Part shown: positions 31,110-40,684 of the stretch, one piece after another | Numbering within the stretch: the stretch's first letter is position 1 | Layout: each line of letters begins with the position of its first letter | Program-made: the position numbers and the translations under genes | Assembly: GCA_038227875.1 (NCBI GenBank) | Contig: JBBRPR010000017.1 | Location: forward strand, 64,001-128,000 | DNA: 64,000 bases | Source of the DNA: Planctomycetota bacterium | GTDB lineage: Bacteria > Planctomycetota > SZUA-567 > H5-PLA8 | Direction: 5' to 3' | Notes under the pieces: model-generated | Seen by the model: the letters and a program-made list of their open reading frames with translations, nothing else | Told to the model about the DNA's origin: nothing | The model's database searches: none

Positions 31110-31210
31110 TTTCCATTTTCCATTGCACGGCCGTCGCGAAGTCATTGTGCATCGGCCGAGCGGACCGTTCCGATGGAAAATGGGAAATGGAAAATGACCG
31201 ATGGAAAATG
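31110..31210. repeat. Inverted heptamer arrays (TTTTCCA)n ... (TGGAAAA)n
   Basis: tttccattttccatt at 31110 and atggaaaatgggaaatggaaaatg..atggaaaatg at 31173-31210. Confidence 0.75.
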
Positions 31211-31281
31211 CTTTTGAAGCCCGTCTTCCGGACACGGTCTATTCCCTAATACCCGGTCCGACTTCGGCCGATACACCTGGG

Positions 31282-31378
31282 GCAGCCCTCGAAAGGATTT
31301 TTGGCCGACGCCGTGATACGCCTCTACAGCCAGGCGTTTCACGGACCCTCAGGCGGAAAGACGCTTTTAACGGGCTGC
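31282..31378. repeat. ~97-bp structured dispersed element, copy A (MITE-like or ncRNA)
   Basis: GCAGCCC...GGGCTGC termini; 35-nt core 32/35 identical to 62040-62074; identical cttttaacgggctgc end. Confidence 0.8.
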
Positions 31379-31430
31379 CAGGGGCTTAATTCGATTGCGT
31401 TCACACGTCACTAAGTTAAAGATATTGCCT

Positions 31431-32405
31431 ATGTTAACACGGGTGGGCCTGGTTTTGGTGCTCTGCGCGGCGGTGCTGCGTTGCGGCGTCGCGTTTGCCG
31501 CGGCGGCGGGCGCGGATGACGATTTGGCCGATTGGGCCAACGAAGGCAAGTGGCCGCGCGGACCTCAGGCCGTCGAACCCACGCCCGAAAAGCAGGAAGT
31601 CAAAGCCAAGCGGCTGCAAGGCATCGGCGACAGCCGCCAGGCGGCTGATCAGTTCAGGCGACTGGCCGACGTCTACAGCGAATCGACAGAAGCCGAAGAA
31701 GGCCTGATTCTGTCCGCCAAGAATTACCTCGCGGCCGGCGATTTCACGCACTGCCGCGAAGAAATCAATGAACTGCGCCGCCGCTACGCCAACCCCACGT
31801 TCCTCGACGCCATCGGCGAAGTCGAAATCGCGCTGGGCCGCGGGTTCCTCGAAGGCAAGGGCGAAGGCGGTACATACACGCTCAAGAGCCGCCTGCGCAA
31901 AGCCAACGCGATCTTCCAGCGGCAGCTCGACAGCGACCCGCAAGGCCGCTGGGCTGCCGATGCGCTCTTCGGCCTGGGCCAGTGCGCTCAGGTGATCCAC
32001 GACTACACGCTTGCAATCAAGAATTACAAGCTGCTGCTGGAGAAGTACCCGCGCTCCGAACTGCGCGCCGAAGCGGAAGGCAACATCGCCATCTGTATCA
32101 GCCGCCGCGACCCGACGCCGGAAAAGACCGAGTCGGACACCGAAGAAGCGCAGCGCCGCATCAAGCAGGCCTTCGATGAAGCTGCCAGCGAAGACGTGGA
32201 CCTGGACATTGAAGCGCTGAAGGAAAACGAAACGATCCTGAAAGAACGCCAGGCCCGCAAGCGCTACGAACAAGCCTTGTTCTATGAGAAGAACGCGCAT
32301 TTCCACGCCGCAGAAGTCTACCTGGAACTCGTCCGCGACCGCTTCCCCGACACGCCGTGGGCGGAGAAGGCGAAGGCGGAGTTGGAGAAGATTCGAAAGC
32401 GGTAG
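31431..32405 (+). CDS. TPR protein, BamD-like outer-membrane assembly factor
   Basis: Signal peptide; TPR motifs (YKLLLEKYPRSE, YLELVRDRFPDTPWAEKA); located between recO and lptE. Confidence 0.72.
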   Translation: MLTRVGLVLVLCAAVLRCGVAFAAAAGADDDLADWANEGKWPRGPQAVEPTPEKQEVKAKRLQGIGDSRQAADQFRRLADVYSESTEAEEGLILSAKNYLAAGDFTHCREEINELRRRYANPTFLDAIGEVEIALGRGFLEGKGEGGTYTLKSRLRKANAIFQRQLDSDPQGRWAADALFGLGQCAQVIHDYTLAIKNYKLLLEKYPRSELRAEAEGNIAICISRRDPTPEKTESDTEEAQRRIKQAFDEAASEDVDLDIEALKENETILKERQARKRYEQALFYEKNAHFHAAEVYLELVRDRFPDTPWAEKAKAELEKIRKR

Positions 32406-32412
32406 ACGGGTA

Positions 32413-32526
32413 GTTTTGAATTTTGAATTTTTAGTTTTGAGTTGTGTTAGATCAGGTAATTCGTGTGGGTCTGGAGAAAAGGTTTTGAGTTGCCGCAACG
32501 TAACTAAGACCTAAAAACTCAAAACT
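32413..32526. repeat. Inverted heptamer arrays (TTTTGAR)n ... (CTCAAAA)n
   Basis: gttttgaattttgaatttttagttttgagtt ... ctaaaaactcaaaact. Confidence 0.7.
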
Positions 32527-32548
32527 GTTTGTAAAAACGCTGTCCGTC

Positions 32549-33085
32549 ATGGAGCTGAAATCAATGTCCGTCCGGTTTACTGCACTCTGTCTCGCGCTCG
32601 CTATCCTCATCTCCGGCTGCGCTTACACCACCAAAAACGGCCTGCCGCCGCACCTGAAGTCGATCGCGGTGCCGGTCTTCAACAACAAGACGTACGTGGA
32701 AGATTACACGCGCAAGCTGGAAGTCGAAATCACCGACGCGACGCGCAAGGTGTTCGTCCAGTCCGGCGAACTGAAGCTGGCGGGGCGCGAAGACGCGGAT
32801 TTGATCCTGGAGGCGGACGTCGAAAAGCTTGACCGCGAAATTCTGCGTACCGACCGGTACGGCGATCCGGCGGAAATCCGTATCGTAATCCGCTGCCGCA
32901 TGAGCCTCTACGACGTCAAGGAAGCCAAGTACCTGCTCAAGAATCTGCTGGTGACCAACGGTGACCGGTCCAGCGAGTCGGGAGTGTACAGTCTGCGACG
33001 CGGTGAAACCGAAGACCTGGTCCGCGTCAAGGCCGTGGAAGACATGGGTCGTGTTATTGCGCACCGGGTCGTTGAAAAATGGTAG
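32549..33085 (+). CDS. lptE: LptE-family lipoprotein
   Basis: Lipobox ISGC followed by AY; KSIAVPVFNNKT; ADLILE. Confidence 0.85.
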   Translation: MELKSMSVRFTALCLALAILISGCAYTTKNGLPPHLKSIAVPVFNNKTYVEDYTRKLEVEITDATRKVFVQSGELKLAGREDADLILEADVEKLDREILRTDRYGDPAEIRIVIRCRMSLYDVKEAKYLLKNLLVTNGDRSSESGVYSLRRGETEDLVRVKAVEDMGRVIAHRVVEKW

Positions 33086-33316
33086 GATAGGAACAGGTGC
33101 AAAGACGTTCCGATTTTTGGACGGCAGCGCATTCGTTGTGAGTTTACTGCAACACTTCGACAGCCAAGATTTTATGAATAAAAGCACATGTTTGTGCATT
33201 GAATTGATGTGGGAAAAGCTTCCAGCCGGACCCCCTGAAATCAATGGACATGTGCTGGCGTAGAAGCTAACATTTCCGAGTGGTGAGATTCCTCCTCGAA
33301 CACTGGAGTACATCAG

Positions 33317-35389
<2,073 letters not shown>

Positions 35390-35400
35390 ATTTCAACCTG

Positions 35401-35432
35401 TGCGCGAAGCCACCCGAGTGTGGCTTCGCGCA
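35401..35432 (+). terminator. Hairpin after ftsH, possible terminator
   Basis: tgcgcgaagccac-ccgagt-gtggcttcgcgca; U-tract is displaced. Confidence 0.5.
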
Positions 35433-35529
35433 TAGTGCTGTTTTTGGGACATTTACGGCTTGACTTATTTTTAGAACGGACTAAGACGGCGTCTTCAGAC
35501 AACAAACGAAACTCCGGAAAAAGGCGCTT

Positions 35530-36657
35530 ATGGGTCTGTTTGACGTATTCAAAACCTGGCGCTCGACGACCCGCATCAAATCGCTGGAGTCGTCTATGCA
35601 GGGCCGGCCGACACCGGGCCTGTATCTGCAGCTGGCGGACGCCCACAAAGAAGCCGGGAACTCGCAGAAAGCTGCACAGGTGCTTAAGTTAGGCGCCGCG
35701 CGCTTTCCCAGTGCCCCGGAGATCATCCGCCGCCAGGCTGAAGCTGAAAAAATTGAACGCGAGAACGAAAAGAAGCGCCTGATCGAAAAGATCCAGACGC
35801 ACCCCAATCCCATTCTGTACGCGCGCCTGGCCGAACTGTTCAAGGCGGACAACGAACTCGAAAAGACCATCGACACGTGCCAGAAGGGCATCCGGGCGTT
35901 CCCCAAGTATGGTGGCACGTATTTGGTGCTCGGTCAGATCTACGTCGAGAAGAAGCAGTGGCAGGAAGCCGTCACCCAGCTTGAAAAATCAGTCGAGCTC
36001 GACAAGTACAACTACCTCGCGTTGAAGCTGCTGGCTCAGGTCTACATGGAACTGACCCGCCCGGCCGACGCGGCGCAGCGCCTGGAAGACATCCTCTACT
36101 TCGCGCCCGGCGACGAAGCGATCCTCGAACTGCTCAAGAAGGCCAAGGAAAAAGCCGGCCAGCCGTTTGAAACGCGCAAGGCCAGCATGAGCGGCCAGCA
36201 TGCGGCGACGTCGGCCAACAAGAGCGGCGAACAGTCCGGCGTCCGCAAGACCATCCGCATCGGCAAGCTTCAGAACCAGCAGCGTGGCGGCGGCACCAGC
36301 GAACGCGATAAGGCGCTCAACGATGGCGTGATCGCGCTGCGCACCGTGGCGGGCGTCACCGGCGCGATTCTCGTCGATCAGTACGGCCTCGTGGTCGCCG
36401 CCGATCTGGATTCTTCGATTGATGAAGGCCTGGCTGGCGCGCTGATCACCAATGTCTACCGCACCGCCAGCGGCAACGCCGTGAAGCTCAATGTCGGCAC
36501 CTTTGAAGAAGGCTTGATCGAAGGCGACAAGGGCAACATTCACATCGTTCAGCTGGACGAAATGATTCTCGCCGTCTTCGCCAAGTCCGACGTGAAGATG
36601 GGGCTGCTCGAAAAGAGCATCCGCGATTTCGCCTCGAACCTGATGCAGCAGAAGTAA
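35530..36657 (+). CDS. TPR-repeat protein with C-terminal roadblock/LC7 domain
   Basis: TPR helices; C-terminal GVTGAILVDQYGLVVA..NVG..EEGLIEG.KG.IHI..KMGLL. Confidence 0.85.
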   Translation: MGLFDVFKTWRSTTRIKSLESSMQGRPTPGLYLQLADAHKEAGNSQKAAQVLKLGAARFPSAPEIIRRQAEAEKIERENEKKRLIEKIQTHPNPILYARLAELFKADNELEKTIDTCQKGIRAFPKYGGTYLVLGQIYVEKKQWQEAVTQLEKSVELDKYNYLALKLLAQVYMELTRPADAAQRLEDILYFAPGDEAILELLKKAKEKAGQPFETRKASMSGQHAATSANKSGEQSGVRKTIRIGKLQNQQRGGGTSERDKALNDGVIALRTVAGVTGAILVDQYGLVVAADLDSSIDEGLAGALITNVYRTASGNAVKLNVGTFEEGLIEGDKGNIHIVQLDEMILAVFAKSDVKMGLLEKSIRDFASNLMQQK

Positions 36658-36675
36658 GCCCGGGGATCTGAATCA

Positions 36676-37023
36676 GTGAAAGACATTCTCGCCAAGCTCA
36701 ACAAGACCAATGGCGTCCGCGGCTCCATGGTCGTCAACCGCGACGGCATCGTGGTCCACAGCGATTTTTCTGTTGAGATTCAAGAGAAGAGCGTCGGTGC
36801 TGTTTCCTCGTCGATCCTGGCCGCGCTGGAAGGCGCGCTGAAGCGCATCGACATGGGCAAGTTCACCCGCTTCGTGATCACCGGCAGCGAAGGCAAGGTC
36901 GCGATGGTCAACGCCGGCCAGACCATCCTGCTGGTGCTGCTGCAGCCGGACATCAACGTCGGCATGGTTAACGTGGATATCAAAGAAGCCGCCGCGGCCG
37001 TGCTCGAACGTTCGAAGATGTAG
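36676..37023 (+). CDS. Roadblock/LC7 (MglB-like) domain protein
   Basis: ILAKLNKTNGVRGSMVVNRDGIVV..INVGMV. Confidence 0.88.
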   Translation: MKDILAKLNKTNGVRGSMVVNRDGIVVHSDFSVEIQEKSVGAVSSSILAALEGALKRIDMGKFTRFVITGSEGKVAMVNAGQTILLVLLQPDINVGMVNVDIKEAAAAVLERSKM

Positions 37024-37088
37024 CCGTTGCTGCGAATCAAGCCCTCTCTGCATCAAGTCAACACCCTTCCTGATCGATACTCTAGTTC

Positions 37089-37937
37089 ATGACCATCGTT
37101 GATATCACCATTCTGGCGCTCGTTCAGGGCGCGGCCGAATTGCTTCCGGTCTCCAGCTCCGCCCACGTCATCCTCGCCGGGCGGCAATTGGGCGTCGATC
37201 TGAAATCGCCGGCATTCCATTTCCTGATGGCGATGCTCCACACCGGCACGATGGGCGCCGTGATCGTCTTCTTCTTCAAGCGCTGGAAGGCGCTGCTGAC
37301 CGGTGAGAAAAGCCGCCGCAACGCGTTCATCGTCAACGTCATCATCGCCACTGCGGCGACCGGAATCGTCGGCTTCGGCCTGAAGCACGTGATCGAACAC
37401 GACATGCTTGACGGGCGACCGATCGAAGACCTCTTCGCGAATCTGAAATTGATCGCCACCGCGCTGGCCCTCGTCGGGGTTTTTATTCTCTTCTCCGCGC
37501 GCCAGGAACGCCTCACGCCAAACAAGACGCCCCTTTCGTACTCCGGATCCTTCATCATCGGCTTCGTGCAGGGAATCTGCATTCCCTTCCGCGGCTTCTC
37601 ACGTTCGGGCGCGACGATTTCGATGGGGATGATTCTCGGCCACACCAAGGACCTCGCCGAGGAATTCAGCTTTGCTCTGGCCGTCGTGATCACGCCGGCC
37701 GTGATCGTGCGCGAAGCCTGGCGACTCCACAAGGATCAAGTCAATCCTGCAGTCGAACACCTGACGCTCAACCTCTCCGTCTTCGGTCCCGGCTTGCTCG
37801 GCATGGTGTTGAGCTTCGTGAGCGGCATGATCGCGCTGCGCTTCCTGGCCAGCTGGCTCGAGAAAGGCCGCTGGAGCTATTTCGGCTACTACTGCATTGC
37901 GCTGGCCGGCGTATTTTTATATCTGAGCCGAAACTGA
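37089..37937 (+). CDS. uppP: Undecaprenyl-diphosphate phosphatase (BacA)
   Basis: VQGAAELLPVSSSAH, GFSRSGATI, EFSF; multi-TM. Confidence 0.92.
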   Translation: MTIVDITILALVQGAAELLPVSSSAHVILAGRQLGVDLKSPAFHFLMAMLHTGTMGAVIVFFFKRWKALLTGEKSRRNAFIVNVIIATAATGIVGFGLKHVIEHDMLDGRPIEDLFANLKLIATALALVGVFILFSARQERLTPNKTPLSYSGSFIIGFVQGICIPFRGFSRSGATISMGMILGHTKDLAEEFSFALAVVITPAVIVREAWRLHKDQVNPAVEHLTLNLSVFGPGLLGMVLSFVSGMIALRFLASWLEKGRWSYFGYYCIALAGVFLYLSRN

Positions 37938-37938
37938 G

Positions 37939-38033
37939 CATTTTCCATTTTCCATTTCTCATTTTCCATCGAACAGCAACGTGACCAATCACGTGTCGCT
38001 TCCGCAACGCTGTTCAATGGAAAATGGAAAATG
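37939..38033. repeat. Long hairpin built from heptamer arrays between convergent genes
   Basis: cattttccattttccatttctcattttccatcgaacagc ... gctgttcaatggaaaatggaaaatg. Confidence 0.8.
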
Positions 38034-38042
38034 ATCCGTTTC

Positions 38043-39149
38043 TCACCATTCCGCGTTGGCCAGCGACCGCACAAACTGCAGCGCTTCGTCGAGCGTACAA
38101 ACCTGCGCGCCGGGCACGCGGCCGCCGCTGTCGCACTCCTCGAGTAGCTGCAGGTCTTCGAAGTCCTCCGACTCCGCCAGCCGCACGCTGGCGCGGTGGC
38201 CCAGCGTGCCGTTGCGATAGGCGTGCGCGTCCATGTGATGAGCGATCAAGAACTCCGTGCGCGGCGTGATCGCGCCCTCCAGCGCTTCCAGCGCCGCGTT
38301 GACATGGTCATGGCGGTCGATCGCCTTGCCGACGTCGTGAAGCAGCGCCGCGAGCAGAAATTCCTCATCCCACGGCTTGGCGCGCCGCGCCAGTTCAAAG
38401 ACCTGGAGCGTGTGATAGAGCGCGTCGCCTTCCGGATGATAGGCGGAGTTCTGTTTGACGTTCTCCAACGGCGCGAGGAGCAGGCGAAAGAGATCGAACG
38501 CGTCGATCTGCGCATCCAGCGATTCTTCAACCTCGTCGAGCTGGAGGTCTGGATACTCCGCGGCCATGAATTGTTCGAGCTGCTCCAGCGTCGCGCGTTC
38601 GATCGCCTTGCCGGTGATCGAACTCTTGAACGTGTAGGTCGCCTTGTCTTCCGTGTAGACGGTCAGCTCCATGTTGAAGCGCCCGTCGACGTGAACATGG
38701 GTAAAGATGCGCTCCTCGTCGTGCTTGACGATGCGCTTGTGTTCGATGTCGTAGGTGAGATTCAGATCGTCAAGCACCATCGTGATTGCGGCGGTCTGGT
38801 CGGCGAAGACGTGGATGTCGATGTCGGAGCCCTTCCGCACATGACCGGTCCACGTGCTGCCGATCAGCGCGGGGCGGAAACGCTTGAGCTTGCGCATCAA
38901 CTTCAGCGCATCGGCGCGCATTTCGCGCAGGTTTTCGGTGCGCTGTTCGCCTTCGTGGAGACAGGCGAGCATCTGAATGTGATCGCGGATCTCGCGGTTG
39001 GAAGGCAGGTCCTTGGGATGGTAGCGCGAATCAATCCCGACCTGCTTGGCGGCCTTTCGTTTGGCGGTGAAGTATTCCGTCTCCAGCCGCTCGTACATAA
39101 GTTGTGCTGCAAGGCGAGCAATATGCCCGCGAACGCGTGGGTCTGCCAT
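38043..39149 (-). CDS. Nucleotidyltransferase (Pol-beta fold) fused to an HD phosphohydrolase
   Basis: LIGSTWTG...SDIDIHV NTase motif; YHPEGDALYHT..AALLHDVGK..HHM..D HD domain. Confidence 0.87.
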   Translation of the reverse strand: MADPRVRGHIARLAAQLMYERLETEYFTAKRKAAKQVGIDSRYHPKDLPSNREIRDHIQMLACLHEGEQRTENLREMRADALKLMRKLKRFRPALIGSTWTGHVRKGSDIDIHVFADQTAAITMVLDDLNLTYDIEHKRIVKHDEERIFTHVHVDGRFNMELTVYTEDKATYTFKSSITGKAIERATLEQLEQFMAAEYPDLQLDEVEESLDAQIDAFDLFRLLLAPLENVKQNSAYHPEGDALYHTLQVFELARRAKPWDEEFLLAALLHDVGKAIDRHDHVNAALEALEGAITPRTEFLIAHHMDAHAYRNGTLGHRASVRLAESEDFEDLQLLEECDSGGRVPGAQVCTLDEALQFVRSLANAEW

Positions 39150-39237
39150 GTGTGGGTTGTGCGCCGATATGAAGCCCATTCGTGCGGCGCGAGGGCTGAA
39201 CTACGATTGTGTCGCTGCTCGAAGCGTTTCAGCAGGA

Positions 39238-39276
39238 CGGTCAAATTATGGCAGAGGTTGTCGACAATCGCAACGG
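39238..39276 (-). promoter_or_regulatory. Predicted sigma70 promoter with palindromic operator, copy 1
   Basis: Minus strand TTGCGA-17bp-CATAAT with TG extension; spacer contains TTGTCGACAA; 38/39 identical to 39807-39845. Confidence 0.75.
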
Positions 39277-39290
39277 CTACTTTCGGCAAA

Positions 39291-39776
39291 CTAGCCGATC
39301 GTCACTTTGGTAATTTCAGGATCGGGCTCGTAGGCTTCGTACACAACAAACTGAGTTGTGCCATGGGTCAAGTGTTCGATGAACAGTGGTCTCACGTCCT
39401 GCTCCCAAGACAATTTCCCAAGGCCCGCGCCAATTTTCGGAAGTGCGACGGTGTCAATTTGATGGTTCTGCGCCCACTTTGCGAGTTTGCGTACTGATTT
39501 GCGAACAAAGGGCAATGTCGCGTGGTACATGTCGGGTTGGGTGGCCAGATAAATTACGCCGGGATGGTTTTCGCCAGGATCGCATACCCAAATCTCGCCA
39601 CCTTTAAATCGGCCGCTACGAGCATGCCGTTTGAACGCTGTTTGCACTGCCGGCCATAATTTGGAAATCTTGAGCGCAAGCCCAGTTCCCAAACCTTCCT
39701 GATTGCCTTCCGCAACTCCTTGAGCGATGTACCGCGCATCTGCCCTCAGTAGATCACCGTGTATAAATTTTAACAT
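39291..39776 (-). CDS. Macrodomain protein (Poa1p/TARG1/DarG-like ADP-ribose processing)
   Basis: IHGDLL, GLGTGLA..I...WP, TVALPKIGAGLGKLSW; visibly lower GC than the flanking genes. Confidence 0.88.
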   Translation of the reverse strand: MLKFIHGDLLRADARYIAQGVAEGNQEGLGTGLALKISKLWPAVQTAFKRHARSGRFKGGEIWVCDPGENHPGVIYLATQPDMYHATLPFVRKSVRKLAKWAQNHQIDTVALPKIGAGLGKLSWEQDVRPLFIEHLTHGTTQFVVYEAYEPDPEITKVTIG

Positions 39777-39806
39777 GAGTTGTCTCGCTGGTTCTGGCGA
39801 TTAGCG

Positions 39807-39845
39807 CGGTCAAAATATGGCAGAGGTTGTCGACAATCGCAACGG
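39807..39845 (-). promoter_or_regulatory. Predicted sigma70 promoter with palindromic operator, copy 2
   Basis: Minus strand TTGCGA-17bp-CATATT; direct repeat of 39238-39276. Confidence 0.72.
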
Positions 39846-40047
39846 TTCAAATTTGAAAATAGTACAACGCCGAAATGACGCTGAAATATTTTCTGATCGA
39901 ACTCCCGACAGCGACTCACCTGCACTAGTGCGACGAGTTCAAAGTCTTTGTTAGCGCTAATAATGGACTAATGTTTGCAACACACCGTGCGTCAATCGGC
40001 ACTGCTCTCTTTTGCGTCTAGGCAACACATAGAAGTGGAGGCGAACC

Positions 40048-40437
40048 ATGAAATCAGACCCGCACTGCGATGTACTCCGTATTGATTCTGACGTGATTGA
40101 GAAAGCTGCGGTGACCGTCGTCAAGATCACCGGCGCCATTGACGCGCACTCGTATGAAGAGATCGAGGAATATCTCGACAACGTTTTCTCCACCGGCGCG
40201 GCGCGTCTGGTCTTCGATTTGAGCGGCGTCCGCTACATGTCATCGGCCGGAATCGGCGTCTTCGTCGGCGCGCTGGCCAAAGCCCGCCAGGCCAGCGGCG
40301 ATCTGCTGCTGATGAACCTCTGCGACACCGTCCGCGGTACGCTGGAACTGCTGGGCCTGATGCCCATGTTCTTCGTCGCCCCCGACCGCAACACCGCCAT
40401 CGCCTACTTCGAACGACAAGCGAACGGAAAGCGATGA
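40048..40437 (+). CDS. STAS-domain anti-sigma factor antagonist
   Basis: ITGAID, LVFDLSGVRYMSSAGIG phospho-Ser motif, LELLGL. Confidence 0.9.
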   Translation: MKSDPHCDVLRIDSDVIEKAAVTVVKITGAIDAHSYEEIEEYLDNVFSTGAARLVFDLSGVRYMSSAGIGVFVGALAKARQASGDLLLMNLCDTVRGTLELLGLMPMFFVAPDRNTAIAYFERQANGKR

Positions 40438-40450
40438 GTTTTGAATTTTA

Positions 40451-40609
40451 TTGGTGCCACGGATGCGCGAAATTTTGAGCGCGAGCGAAGAATTTCGTTC
40501 ATCCGTGCGTTGTGTTCCGCCTTCCTCATAGTGCTGAATTCATAGTCGCTCGGCACGGATGAACGTCCGCTTTCGCTACGCTCAAGCGCCCGCGCATCCG
40601 TGGCACCAA
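40451..40609. mobile_element. REPIN/MITE-like palindromic element, copy 1
   Basis: 19-bp terminal inverted repeat ttggtgccacggatgcgcg; inner cgttcatccgtgc / gcacggatgaacg; homologous to 47566-47708. Confidence 0.75.
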
Positions 40610-40684
40610 GTCGATATTCTGCGTTTACATCCCGATCCGAACCTGCGAACATAGTCGTTGAAGTTCCGCCTCGCAGGAGCGGCT

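Noticed and set aside
33086..33316. AT-rich leader of ftsH as a CIRCE element or riboswitch
   Set aside because: No TTAGCACTC-N9-GAGTGCTAA and no riboswitch consensus recognisable by eye
39291..39776. DarTG toxin-antitoxin system
   Set aside because: No DarT-like gene nearby, and the macro protein is short with no DarG C-terminal domain
39238..39845. Integron cassette or CRISPR interpretation of the 39-bp direct repeats
   Set aside because: No attC-type RYYYAAC/GTTRRRY structure, no integrase, only two copies ~570 bp apart; a promoter fits better
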